From Candidatus Marinamargulisbacteria bacterium SCGC AG-343-D04 (GTDB lineage: Bacteria; Margulisbacteria; Marinamargulisbacteria; GCA-2716485; GCA-002719695): a DNA stretch of 64,000 nucleotides. The translations under genes and the position numbers were made by a program. The DNA lies in assembly GCA_003265885.1 (NCBI GenBank), contig QFBQ01000001.1, positions 4,215 to 68,214 on the forward strand. The letters run 5' to 3'. The number at the start of each line of letters is the position of its first letter. The first letter of the stretch is position 1. Positions 29,209-39,247 of this stretch are shown here, in pieces. Below the pieces are notes generated by a model. That model saw nothing but the letters and a program-made list of their open reading frames with translations. It was not told the DNA's origin and made no database searches.

Positions 29209-29769
29209 TCTATTATTAACGCTATTCATAGCCTCTTCAACACCCTTTAAACAAAACAGTTCAACAGCATTAGCCGCCTCTTTCAAAACAAGCCCCATTG
29301 AAGATTCCTCTTCATCTGTAAAGCGCTGTAAAACAAAGTCTGACACCTTCATCCTAGGATGAAGAGGGCCTATTCCAATACGATATCGCGGAAAATCAGA
29401 GGTCCCCAAAACCTGAATAACAGATTTTAATCCGTTATGAGTTCCAGGCCCGCCTTTCTTACGAAACCGAGAAAATCCATAATCAATATCAAAATCATCA
29501 CACATAACCAATATATTAGAAACGTCCAATTTATAAAACTGCTTCACCAACGCCACTGCATCTCCTGACAAATTCATATAGGTCTGAGGTTTAATCAGCA
29601 AAACAGGCTTTCCATGAATGCTTCCTTTATAGATAAGCGCTTTAAATTTTTTCTTTTCCAAGATCAAGTCAAACAGATCAATAAGTATATCCCCTACTCT
29701 AAACCCCACATTATGCCTAGTTTTCTCATAATCTTTCCCTGGATTTCCAAGACAAACAATACAGATCAT
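29197..29769 (-). CDS. pth: Peptidyl-tRNA hydrolase
   Basis: N-terminus CLGNPGKDYEKTRHNVGF plus the GGPGTHNGLKS motif. Confidence 0.9.
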   Translation of the reverse strand: MICIVCLGNPGKDYEKTRHNVGFRVGDILIDLFDLILEKKKFKALIYKGSIHGKPVLLIKPQTYMNLSGDAVALVKQFYKLDVSNILVMCDDFDIDYGFSRFRKKGGPGTHNGLKSVIQVLGTSDFPRYRIGIGPLHPRMKVSDFVLQRFTDEEESSMGLVLKEAANAVELFCLKGVEEAMNSVNNRSLI

Positions 29770-29833
29770 AATATTAGTATAAATGAGAGAAAAAAAATTT
29801 GATATAATAAAAACTTAGATATAAACTAAAATT

Positions 29834-30259
29834 ATGGAAAAACCAAAACTTTTCGAATGCATCGAGCATCTCTATCAATACATAACCAAATATATAGAAA
29901 AAGAACTGACCAGTTATCAATTCAAATCCATCAAATACTCCCATTATGAAATTATTAGATTACTTCAAGTGAGGTCCAAAATGACCATGAAAGAAATATC
30001 AAGTGTAATCTTAAAACACAAGTCTACCGTAACCGCATTAACAAAAAAATTAGTTCAAGAAGGTTATATTGAGCAAGAAAATCACCCAAAAGATAAACGA
30101 GTTCAAGTCATTACATTAAGCCAAAAAGGAAAAGAGTTAAAAAGTCTGATCAACTCTATCGAACAAAAACTATTATTACATCTCCATCAACAACTATCCA
30201 AACAAGAGCAAGATATATTAATACATCATTTATCTAAACTACTTCCCGCATCTAAATAA
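29834..30259 (+). CDS. MarR-family transcriptional regulator
   Basis: 141 aa. Winged-helix segment MTMKEISSVILKHKSTVTALTKKLVQEGYI...DKR. Confidence 0.7.
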   Translation: MEKPKLFECIEHLYQYITKYIEKELTSYQFKSIKYSHYEIIRLLQVRSKMTMKEISSVILKHKSTVTALTKKLVQEGYIEQENHPKDKRVQVITLSQKGKELKSLINSIEQKLLLHLHQQLSKQEQDILIHHLSKLLPASK

Positions 30260-30262
30260 TAG

Positions 30263-30700
30263 CTAATCCTCTTCAAAAGAATGTGACTCTAGATAAGCAT
30301 CAACAGAGAGTTTTCCTGATCCAAAAAATGCAAACAATATCAACAAAAAAAGAACCATAATAGATAGCTCTAACGAATCATTTGTCATTAATCCTTTTTC
30401 CAAATTAACTAAAAAGACAGCCCCAAAAAGAGCAGGGATTTGAACCAATGCCGAAATTCGAGTTAACAATCCAAATAAAAGTAAAAGTCCCCCAGCTAAA
30501 TGAGCAAATGCTACATAATGAATCACAACAAAAAACAATGATTCATATGGAAAGGTGCTCATGTAAGAGTTAATTAATTCAGGTTGAACTAGAAAGATTA
30601 GTCCTCGAAAAAAAAGCCCCATCCCAAGATAAAGCCGAACTAAATCAAAGCCTAATGATTTATTTTTTGATAATACGTTCAATTTTTTTAATAACATCAT
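30263..30700 (-). CDS. DoxX-family membrane protein
   Basis: Four-helix small membrane protein with LVRLYLGMGLFFRG and HLAGGLLLLFGLLTR segments. The start was chosen at the internal MMLLKK (30700). Confidence 0.55.
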   Translation of the reverse strand: MMLLKKLNVLSKNKSLGFDLVRLYLGMGLFFRGLIFLVQPELINSYMSTFPYESLFFVVIHYVAFAHLAGGLLLLFGLLTRISALVQIPALFGAVFLVNLEKGLMTNDSLELSIMVLFLLILFAFFGSGKLSVDAYLESHSFEED

Positions 30701-30862
30701 ATCCACACTCCGAACACATACATACTTCCCAAAAAAACATATCCTTAAACACAAAAATCAAAACTGATTTCTGTACTAAATCAAAAAAGCTAACGCATCA
30801 CTTTAATTCCTATTTAAAGAGACACTAAAAGATAATATTTAGACAAATAACAAGAAAGATTA

Positions 30863-31786
30863 TTAATGATCAAGAAATGTTTCGATAAATGAAATAGTTT
30901 TAACCACCTTGCACCCCAATTCGACATCCGAAAAATCAACTATTTGTGACGAAATAACATGTTTAAACCTAGTTAAAGCTAAGTCAAGTGCAGAAAGAGG
31001 GTCAAACTGAATGGGTGTTACCTTTCCAGCAAAATCTTTAAACACTACTTTTTGATCACACTTGTCATCGAATATCAATGTACCTGAATTTAGTGCAACA
31101 ACTATTCTTCTTAAAGGTTTTTTCCTTAAATTACTCCAGTGACATGATATTGGAATATGATTTACAAGCCCCTCTAATTCAATCGACTGACCATATGTTG
31201 ATTTAAATTTTCTAGACGTTGATTGAACATTCTTAATATCCAAATCAGAAGAAAACAGTGAAAAAATCATCGCAATTTCATGAGGAGCCCATTCCCATAA
31301 AACAGAAATTTCTTCAGGGTAAGGTTTCCATTTCCCTGAAAACATATCAATTTTTTCAATATCATTCACATGTTGTGTTAGAAAATCTGAAAAAGCGTTA
31401 AATGCAGGAGAAAATAAGAGTATATGATCAACCACAACTTTTGATTGATATTTTTTAGCTAACACGACCAATTCTTCAGCCTGTTGCACAGATAATGTCA
31501 TGGGTTTTTCAATAAATACAGGAATTTGTTTTTTTATAAATTCTTTAGCAATCTCATAGTGAACATCACTGGGGGCCGCGATAACAACCCCTTCTAAACC
31601 AGGGACAGTCAATAATTGCTCCCAATGTCTATACAAAGTAGTGGTAGGAAATTGAGTATCTGGGAAAACTTGAGACGTGACCAGATAGTTAACATCTAAA
31701 CCAGGAATATGTGCAATTGTATCCATACACTTTTTACCCCAATATCCAAACCCAATTAACGCAACACTTACCGGTTTAATAGTCAT
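30863..31786 (-). CDS. Gfo/Idh/MocA-family NAD(P)-dependent oxidoreductase
   Basis: Rossmann motif VALIGFGYWGKK and EKP motif (FIEKPM). The ATG at 31786 overlaps the upstream stop (TAATG). The listed alternative start is 31813. Confidence 0.7.
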   Translation of the reverse strand: MTIKPVSVALIGFGYWGKKCMDTIAHIPGLDVNYLVTSQVFPDTQFPTTTLYRHWEQLLTVPGLEGVVIAAPSDVHYEIAKEFIKKQIPVFIEKPMTLSVQQAEELVVLAKKYQSKVVVDHILLFSPAFNAFSDFLTQHVNDIEKIDMFSGKWKPYPEEISVLWEWAPHEIAMIFSLFSSDLDIKNVQSTSRKFKSTYGQSIELEGLVNHIPISCHWSNLRKKPLRRIVVALNSGTLIFDDKCDQKVVFKDFAGKVTPIQFDPLSALDLALTRFKHVISSQIVDFSDVELGCKVVKTISFIETFLDH

Positions 31787-32829
31787 TAATAATCGTAATT
31801 TTCCTTTGCCCAATTAAAAAATTTTTTCAAGCCTTCGTCCAAAGAAACTGAAGGCTGAAATCCTAATTGGATTTCAGCTTTTTGAATATTAGGGCAACGA
31901 CGATTGGGTTCATCTTTAGGATAAGTACTGGGATGATCAATAAGACTAAATTCCACTTCTTCCCCAATAACTTTGGAAAACATTTTTACAAGATCCTTCA
32001 TTGAAATTTCAGGGGAAGGGTTTCCTATATTATATGCTTGCCGAAAAACCCCTTTAAATATAACTTTAATAAATCCTACCATTGCATCTGTAATGTAACA
32101 AAAAGTTCGAGTTTGGTTCCCATCTCCATAAACATTAAGAGGAATATTATTTAGAATATTTGAGGCAAAATTTGGAATAACTCTGTAATCCTTTTGTAGC
32201 ATACCTGGCCCATATACATTAAAAGGTCTAATAATACTCGTATAAACTCCATATGATTCACTGAAAATATAACACAATGTTTCGCCTCCCCGTTTTCCTA
32301 TATCATAACAAGAACGAGAGCTCAAAGTAGAAACATTACCATTGTAACTTTCTAAAACTGGAATATGAACTGGATCTGGATCTCCATAAATTTCACTTGA
32401 ACTAAAAAAAACAAATTTTGCAGAATGTTTTTTAGCAAGTTCTAATAAATGTTTACTTCCAATTGTACAAGATTCAAAAGTTTGAAGAGGAAATTGTTGG
32501 TAATAAAAAGGACTAGCAATACTAGCAGCATGAATAATAACATCTATTTTTTCTTCTAACTCTAAAGGTTCGCAAACATTATGATGAATATATTGAATAG
32601 ATTTACTTAGCTTTTTATTATTTCCTGTAATTGCATTGTCAACGATAATCAACTTACAAGGTTTTTTCAAATGATGTTCATTCAAATACATAAATATTTG
32701 TGAAAAATAATATCCCAAAAAACCGAGCCCCCCAGTCAAAAGAATATTTTTACCTTCAATTTCAGAATATAAATCTACTATTCTATTTGTAATATCAACT
32801 AAATCTTCATCAAAAAATAACTGTTTCAA
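31786..32829 (-). CDS. Extended SDR, UDP-glucuronate decarboxylase (UXS/ArnA-C)-like epimerase/dehydratase
   Basis: TGGLGFLG Rossmann motif, SSSEIYGDP, YDIGKR (YxxxK), RPFNVYGPGM and GDGNQTRTFCYITD. A TTG start overlaps the upstream stop (TTGA). Confidence 0.7.
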   Translation of the reverse strand: MKQLFFDEDLVDITNRIVDLYSEIEGKNILLTGGLGFLGYYFSQIFMYLNEHHLKKPCKLIIVDNAITGNNKKLSKSIQYIHHNVCEPLELEEKIDVIIHAASIASPFYYQQFPLQTFESCTIGSKHLLELAKKHSAKFVFFSSSEIYGDPDPVHIPVLESYNGNVSTLSSRSCYDIGKRGGETLCYIFSESYGVYTSIIRPFNVYGPGMLQKDYRVIPNFASNILNNIPLNVYGDGNQTRTFCYITDAMVGFIKVIFKGVFRQAYNIGNPSPEISMKDLVKMFSKVIGEEVEFSLIDHPSTYPKDEPNRRCPNIQKAEIQLGFQPSVSLDEGLKKFFNWAKENYDY

Positions 32830-34073
32830 GTTACAACCTCCAATTTGGGTAAAGGCACAATAAAATGTCCACCATTATCCAAAAAGTAACGATGATTTTC
32901 AATGATAGGTTTTGAAAAGTTCCAAGCTAGAATAATAACATAATCTGGAGACTGTTCTCGATCTTTTAAAACTGTTGAGCTAACAATAGGAATATGCATT
33001 CCCGGAGAAAACAATCCTTGCTTCAAAGAACTATCATCAACAATATAATCAATTACATTTTCATCTATTCCAAAATGATACAACAATGTAGTCGCTTTGG
33101 CAGGAGCTCCAAAACCAGCAATACGCTTGTTTTTAGACTTTAAATCTGAAAGTAAAGTAACAAGTTGTTGCTTTACTCCATTTATTCTATTACCAAACTG
33201 CATCAAAGTCTTATTCGATGCCAAGCCACATTGTATTTCATAATCAATACACTGCTGAACAGATAAACTCAACTTATTGGGGCCTCCAACATGTTGAACA
33301 TAACAGCGGACTGAGCCTCCATGAGTATCAACCCTCTGAACATGAAAAAGTTGAAGATCTAACTGCTCTAAAAAAGGCTTTAAAGATAAAATCGTATGAT
33401 AAGATGTATGTTCATGATAAATAGTATCAAAAAGATTTTTTTCAAAAACATCAACAAAATAAGAAACCTCAAAAACAAAAACCCCATTCATTGATAAAAG
33501 ATCTTTAACCCCTTGGGTAAAATCATGAAAGTCATTCAAGTGAGCATACACATTATTTGCGGTTATAAGTTTAGCTTTCCCCCTACTTTCTAATAAATAT
33601 TTAGCTTGTTTAGAATTAAAAAACAAAGACAATGTTTCAATGCCGTTAGAACTTGCTTTTTGAGCTATTTCTTCAGCTGGATCAATACCAAGTATACGAC
33701 ACCCCTTATTTTTAAAAAAAGATAATAAGGTTCCATCATTACTTCCAATATCAATAACTAAATCATCCGAACTTAATGCTATCATTTCAGATACATCATT
33801 AGCGTATTTCTCAAAATGTCTAACAAAAACTGGAGATGTCCCAGAAACATACACATATTTTTCAAACAAAAGTGCCCTGTCCACAACATCGCATAATTGA
33901 ATATGAAAACAAGAATTACATTGATAAAGATCTAAAGGATAAAATTTCTGCTCTTTATGACAATTATCTTTAGAAACAAATTCATTTGCAGGGGGGGTTT
34001 CGTGTAGCTTCAATACCAAAGATAAGTCTTTAGAGTAACATAAACAACATTTTCGTCTCTTTAAAATCCCCAT
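32826..34073 (-). CDS. SAM-dependent sugar C-methyltransferase-like protein (TylCIII-type architecture)
   Basis: N-terminal Cys4 zinc-ribbon (CCLC...CNSC), class I SAM motif VIDIGSNDG, and a C-terminal domain typical of NDP-hexose C-methyltransferases. Confidence 0.6.
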   Translation of the reverse strand: MGILKRRKCCLCYSKDLSLVLKLHETPPANEFVSKDNCHKEQKFYPLDLYQCNSCFHIQLCDVVDRALLFEKYVYVSGTSPVFVRHFEKYANDVSEMIALSSDDLVIDIGSNDGTLLSFFKNKGCRILGIDPAEEIAQKASSNGIETLSLFFNSKQAKYLLESRGKAKLITANNVYAHLNDFHDFTQGVKDLLSMNGVFVFEVSYFVDVFEKNLFDTIYHEHTSYHTILSLKPFLEQLDLQLFHVQRVDTHGGSVRCYVQHVGGPNKLSLSVQQCIDYEIQCGLASNKTLMQFGNRINGVKQQLVTLLSDLKSKNKRIAGFGAPAKATTLLYHFGIDENVIDYIVDDSSLKQGLFSPGMHIPIVSSTVLKDREQSPDYVIILAWNFSKPIIENHRYFLDNGGHFIVPLPKLEVVT

Positions 34074-34076
34074 ATA

Positions 34077-34496
34077 TCAAATTAATTTAACACGAACCAA
34101 ATCTGATTCGTAATCTTCCTGAGTACGGGACCCTCCTCCAAATGTAAGAAATACACAATCTTCTGGAAAATACATCGCATGTTCCAGTAAAGAAGGGGTA
34201 TAGAACAATTGATTAGAACAAACAGTAGTCTTAATAGGCTCCTCATTAGAATTCACTTCACGAGCATAGTAATCAATTTTTCCAGATAAAACGTAACAAT
34301 AGTGCCAGTCCTTTTTATGATAATGATTAGCTCTAACAGCACCCTTCTTAGACTCAATAATTACAACACTTCCAATAGAAGGATCCATTAAAGATATCAA
34401 TGATGTTATGGATCCACGATCATCTTTAAATTGATCTCCTAAATTTACAATTGGGTTTGTCATCCAGTTTTGAGACGAATTGATATGTTTAATCAT
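34077..34496 (-). CDS. Cupin-fold sugar isomerase/epimerase (WxcM/FdtA-like)
   Basis: 139 aa. The cupin core has an RANHYHKK His cluster. Its position in the sugar cluster supports the call. Confidence 0.45.
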   Translation of the reverse strand: MIKHINSSQNWMTNPIVNLGDQFKDDRGSITSLISLMDPSIGSVVIIESKKGAVRANHYHKKDWHYCYVLSGKIDYYAREVNSNEEPIKTTVCSNQLFYTPSLLEHAMYFPEDCVFLTFGGGSRTQEDYESDLVRVKLI

Positions 34497-34529
34497 GAGA
34501 AAATTATAGATGAAGTCTTCTAAATTCGT

Positions 34530-35384
34530 CTATAAAAATTTATTTTTTATATGCAAAAATTTTCTCTTAAATCTAAATAAAACATACAACAAAACAGAGT
34601 ACCATCTAAAAGGCTTGCAATCCTCACGAAAATTAAAAGGCAAATCTTTATCATACACATAGTCTTGAAGTTTAAACTGTTCATCTTTAACCCAGCTGGC
34701 TTCATTTTTAACAAAAACATCTGTTTTGTTATTAGGAGAGTTTAAGGCTTTCCCCCCCCATCCAATATCACACGTCCTACTGCAATAAGGCATAATCACA
34801 TACCCCATTTTGATAGCAGTCTCTAAAACACAATCATAAAAAGATGTATTTCCCATTGGCCATCTGTTTTTAAAAAAAGAAAACCACTTCTTCCTACTAA
34901 AACCGACCCCCTTTCCAATACCAAACTGAAACTTACCATACTTAAATAAGTTATCCTTAGAATATGCTTCTCGAGAAAAACCATTTACTGCCCTAAAAAA
35001 TGGATCCTTGTCATAGCGTTCAATCATTACTTCAACAAATTGAAGAGAATCATACCCTACCAATATGTCATCCTCTATTAAAAACACCATAGTCGACTTA
35101 CAGTCTTCAAATGCATAGTTGATCCCTTTAAATGTATTCGCATTAACCTTTTGACAAATAGTTTCATTGTTAGAATAAGAGGTTGTTAAGTGATGAACTG
35201 GAATCCAATCAATATCATCAATAAGACATTTTACCTTACTACAATCCTCATCATCTCCTTCTTGTCGCACAACTACCAACTGATATTCGTTAATTTTATA
35301 AGACTTCCTCAAGCATTTTATAGTAGCTTCTGTTTTATCAGCACGGTTATAACAAATAAGAACAATACTTTTAAAAATATCCAT
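34530..35384 (-). CDS. Putative GT-A fold glycosyltransferase (family unclear)
   Basis: N-terminal VLICYNRADKT strand-loop, EDD (DxD-like) motif FLIEDDIL, and a hydrophobic basic C-terminal tail. Confidence 0.35.
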   Translation of the reverse strand: MDIFKSIVLICYNRADKTEATIKCLRKSYKINEYQLVVVRQEGDDEDCSKVKCLIDDIDWIPVHHLTTSYSNNETICQKVNANTFKGINYAFEDCKSTMVFLIEDDILVGYDSLQFVEVMIERYDKDPFFRAVNGFSREAYSKDNLFKYGKFQFGIGKGVGFSRKKWFSFFKNRWPMGNTSFYDCVLETAIKMGYVIMPYCSRTCDIGWGGKALNSPNNKTDVFVKNEASWVKDEQFKLQDYVYDKDLPFNFREDCKPFRWYSVLLYVLFRFKRKFLHIKNKFL

Positions 35385-35546
35385 AAATTAAAGTGTTTAC
35401 TAAAAAAATAATTAAGTCAACTTACTTAAATATAAATTAAAAAACTATACATAAATCTAATAAATCGTGTCTCTTAATATATGAACAAGTCAGATATAAA
35501 ATTCATTTACTTATAAAAAAAAATTCAGTACTATAAAATTAATACC

Positions 35547-36050
35547 ATGAACACAAGTATTTGGACCGATATTTTTAAATACAAAAAACACATCAATATT
35601 ATTGAAATTTTAAGAGACATTCCCGTTTTTGAAGGCTTATCAAAATTAGATCTTTTAAAAATCTCTAAATTACTTCACTTGCGACAATACAAAAAAGACG
35701 AATTTATCTTTAGAGAAAAAGAACCTGGTGAAAGCATGTATATCATAAAAAGCGGCTCTATTGAAATCACAAAATGCATCAAAAAAGAAACAGTAACATT
35801 ATCATCCTTAGAAAAAGGTTCTTTTTTTGGAGAGATTTCACTGGTAGATAGTGACTCTAGATCCGCGACAGCAAAAGCAAAAGAAGATACCCAGTTACTT
35901 GGTTTTTTTAGAGCCGACCTCATGCATTTAATCGACAGAAACCCAAGACTTGCATCCTTTATTTTATATCAACTATCTAGGGTACTGGGAAAACGATTAA
36001 GAGTTCTAGACGCATCCATTTCAAACCATCATGTTCCAACTCATCAATAA
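35547..36050 (+). CDS. Cyclic nucleotide-binding domain protein (stand-alone cNMP sensor)
   Basis: FFGEISLVD...RSATAKA phosphate-binding cassette signature. 167 aa with no output domain. Confidence 0.8.
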   Translation: MNTSIWTDIFKYKKHINIIEILRDIPVFEGLSKLDLLKISKLLHLRQYKKDEFIFREKEPGESMYIIKSGSIEITKCIKKETVTLSSLEKGSFFGEISLVDSDSRSATAKAKEDTQLLGFFRADLMHLIDRNPRLASFILYQLSRVLGKRLRVLDASISNHHVPTHQ

Positions 36051-37125
36051 ACTTTCTTTTATTCAAAAAATACTATTTTATGCTATTTTTTCAATCATAG
36101 CAGTTTCCATAACCTACACTCTAAGAGATTTGCTTTCCCCTTTCCTTCTTGCCTTTATCATTTCTTACTTACTTAATCCAATCGTCGATAGATTTGAGTT
36201 TATCTGTCAAAAGCGCATTTTAGCAGTTATCGCATTGTACGGTCTTATATTTTCTGGCATTATCTTTTTCTTTAACTTTATAATCCCCCTACTACTCAAA
36301 GAGTTTAATGAACTTTCTTCACGACTCCCCTACTATCTAGCCAATATAAACGAATGGTTACTCGTTATTAAAAATAGAATTGAGCATGATATCCCATTAA
36401 TACAACAACTCAACATCATCGACAACATTGAAACACAGACACAATCTATCTTATTCAATTTTGCTCAAAAAATTCCAACATTCTTCTTCTCAACATTTTC
36501 TGCAGTATCTTCCATCCTTTTAATTCCTATCATCCTCTTCTTTTTTCTTTTCCAAGGCCCCGATTTAAAAGTTTCCTTTTTTAAAATTATCCCAAATAAA
36601 TATTTTGAATTACTCATTCACCTTTTTTACAGTATAGGAAACAAGCTAGGTAATTATTTACGAGGAATCGTTACAGAAACCCTCATTATTGGGGGACTAA
36701 CCACCATTTTATTACTTGTGTTAGGCGTAGACTATGCATTTCTTTTAGGAACCATTGCAGGCATCATGAATCTCATCCCCTATGTAGGTCCCATTTTTGG
36801 TGCCATTCCTGCCATCATTATCTTTTATCTCAAAGTAAAAACCTTTAATGCCTTGTTTTATATCACAATCGGTTTCGTTATTATTCAAACCATCGATAAC
36901 ATCATATTAAAACCTATTATCTATTCACAAAGCGTTGATCTCCACCCGCTTGCCGTTTTATTCTTTTTATTACTTGGAGGCTCTGTGGCCGGAATTTGGG
37001 GCTTAATCTTTGCTGTCCCCATTGCAGGAATTATCAAAGTAACAATTTCTATTCTACTCAACGAAATAAAATTTAGAATCGAGTTTAATGAAAAATATTC
37101 CTTGGAATCATCTAGAACATCTTAA
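36031..37125 (+). CDS. AI-2E family transporter (PerM/UPF0118)
   Basis: Eight-TM pattern with NLIPYVGPIFGAIP signature. It overlaps the cNMP gene by 20 nt. Confidence 0.8.
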   Translation: MFQLINKLSFIQKILFYAIFSIIAVSITYTLRDLLSPFLLAFIISYLLNPIVDRFEFICQKRILAVIALYGLIFSGIIFFFNFIIPLLLKEFNELSSRLPYYLANINEWLLVIKNRIEHDIPLIQQLNIIDNIETQTQSILFNFAQKIPTFFFSTFSAVSSILLIPIILFFFLFQGPDLKVSFFKIIPNKYFELLIHLFYSIGNKLGNYLRGIVTETLIIGGLTTILLLVLGVDYAFLLGTIAGIMNLIPYVGPIFGAIPAIIIFYLKVKTFNALFYITIGFVIIQTIDNIILKPIIYSQSVDLHPLAVLFFLLLGGSVAGIWGLIFAVPIAGIIKVTISILLNEIKFRIEFNEKYSLESSRTS

Positions 37126-37135
37126 TTATAAATGA

Positions 37136-38050
37136 CTATTTTTTATACTGAATCGAAAAATATGTTTCGTTATCTACCACTGCGCTATCACTTTTTTCAT
37201 ATGCATAACTAATCGTCCATTCATTCAAGTTTAAATTCATCCCTACTGTTGACCTTACCTTTACACTATCTAAATAGTGTACCCCTCTTGCTCCAAACAT
37301 AAAATCTAATCGCTTTAATGATGGATGACTTACTTTACATCCTACTGCATACAAACTTTTCTTATCTCCATAATGTTTCATCTGTGCCATTGGCTCTAAT
37401 GAACCATAATCCTTACTTACTGTCGCGGCTAATACAACACCATGACTCTCTTTACCACCATTACTAAACTCTGTTTTATTCCAGACTAGTACATTCGCGG
37501 CACTCACACCTAGGTTAAATCGTTCTCCTTTATAATAAAACCCAAGATCTGCATTCATTCCATTCCCTGAAACACCATACATTTTACTTTTAAACGATTT
37601 TAAGGTTACTCCAAATGATACTTTTTCTGTTGTTTGATATTGATATCCAACATAATATCTTTCCATAGTTGAATTATAATATCCTTTTGTGGCAAACTCT
37701 CCAGATCCATTCAATTCTTTAGTTTCAGCAATCCCTGACTCACGGTTACCGATATATCCAAAACCTACTGTAGACTTTCCAAGAACCTTAGATATACTAA
37801 AATTGTTAATATTTACATCGTTCAATAAAGTTGTTTGAAATACAGAACCAGAATAATCATAACCATTTCCCATCTTCGCAGGGTTATCAAATACGGCTAC
37901 TGATCCAGATACTCCTGCTAAGATTCCCCCAGACCCTATAGAGTCGGCCGATAAACCAGCATCTGCTAACTCTATACTATTTTCTAAACCTTGCACATGA
38001 AAAGTGAATGTTAATATAAATAAAAGTAGTGAGTAAAGTTTAACATTCAT
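37136..38050 (-). CDS. Putative outer-membrane beta-barrel protein
   Basis: Signal peptide MNVKLYSLLLFILTFTFHVQG. Alternating amphipathic strands are rich in G/Y/S/V. Confidence 0.4.
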   Translation of the reverse strand: MNVKLYSLLLFILTFTFHVQGLENSIELADAGLSADSIGSGGILAGVSGSVAVFDNPAKMGNGYDYSGSVFQTTLLNDVNINNFSISKVLGKSTVGFGYIGNRESGIAETKELNGSGEFATKGYYNSTMERYYVGYQYQTTEKVSFGVTLKSFKSKMYGVSGNGMNADLGFYYKGERFNLGVSAANVLVWNKTEFSNGGKESHGVVLAATVSKDYGSLEPMAQMKHYGDKKSLYAVGCKVSHPSLKRLDFMFGARGVHYLDSVKVRSTVGMNLNLNEWTISYAYEKSDSAVVDNETYFSIQYKK

Positions 38051-38269
38051 ATTTTTCCCCCTTTTTAATTTTCCGTCTCTTATAAAGTTATCGTAGGAAG
38101 TTTGAAAATAATTTCAAAAATTTAATCATACAACTATAAAAACATCAATATCAAAAACAAAAGAAACGAACAATAAACAAAAAAACAAGGATTAAAATAA
38201 ATATCATGTTAATAAATAATAAAAAAATTAAATATAATAAAAATAAATAAAACAGAATATTTAAATATA

Positions 38270-39208
38270 TCAAGAAAAATATTGAGCAATATTTGGCCCT
38301 GATGGAACAATTTGATAGGGATTCAAGTTAGTATGACTTACGTAATAATGATGCATGCATTGCTTTAAATCTGTTGTAGAATGAAAGGCTTCGATAGAAT
38401 ACAAACGCTTTAAATACGAATATAAAGACGAAAACTGAGAAATCATACGTCTATTACACTTAAAATGAACAACATAGCAAAAATCAAAACGAACCAATGT
38501 TACAAATAAACGAATATCAGCTTCTGTCAGATGATCTCCAATTAAAAATGTTCGAGAACTTAATCTATCATCAATATGCTCTAACGCATTAAACAGAGAT
38601 AAAACCTCTTTATCATAAACATCCTGCTTCCTAGAAAAACCTACTTTGTATACCCCATTATTAATCCGATGATAAATAAAGTCATTAAGTTCATCTATCT
38701 CGTCCCTTAAATCTTCAGGGTAATAATCATCTCCATTACCGGATAAATGATTAAACTCTGTATTAAAAAAACGGATAATTTCTGAGCTTTCATTGTTTAC
38801 AATACAAGACTTATGTATATCCCACAAAACTGGAACCGTCACTCGTCCTGAATACTTAGAGTTAGACATGACATATGCCTCTTTTAAATAACGAAATCCA
38901 TTAACATTATCTAGAATAGATCCTGGATAATCAGAAAAATGCCACCCGTCATCTCCCATATAAGGATGTACAACACTTATCCCTACATGAGATTCCAACC
39001 CCTTCAAAGCTCTCATAATTAATGTACGATGAGCCCACGGACAAGCCAGAGAAACATATAAGTGATAACGTTCAGTTTCAGCAGGAAAATCATCGGAGTC
39101 CGATTCAATCTTATTTCGAAATACGGAATCGAATCTATGAAAAGCTCCATCTTCAGTTTTAGGATTCACTTCCTGTGTATGCCAAACACCTTCCAAAAAA
39201 TAGCCCAT
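38270..39208 (-). CDS. Xi-class glutathione S-transferase (glutathionyl-hydroquinone reductase, YqjG/ECM4-like)
   Basis: Diagnostic CPWAHR active-site motif (YVSLACPWAHRTLI). The length and C-terminal GST domain fit. Confidence 0.85.
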   Translation of the reverse strand: MGYFLEGVWHTQEVNPKTEDGAFHRFDSVFRNKIESDSDDFPAETERYHLYVSLACPWAHRTLIMRALKGLESHVGISVVHPYMGDDGWHFSDYPGSILDNVNGFRYLKEAYVMSNSKYSGRVTVPVLWDIHKSCIVNNESSEIIRFFNTEFNHLSGNGDDYYPEDLRDEIDELNDFIYHRINNGVYKVGFSRKQDVYDKEVLSLFNALEHIDDRLSSRTFLIGDHLTEADIRLFVTLVRFDFCYVVHFKCNRRMISQFSSLYSYLKRLYSIEAFHSTTDLKQCMHHYYVSHTNLNPYQIVPSGPNIAQYFS

Positions 39209-39247
39209 AGTATAATACTACAGCAACATGAACAAAAAGAAAGACTC

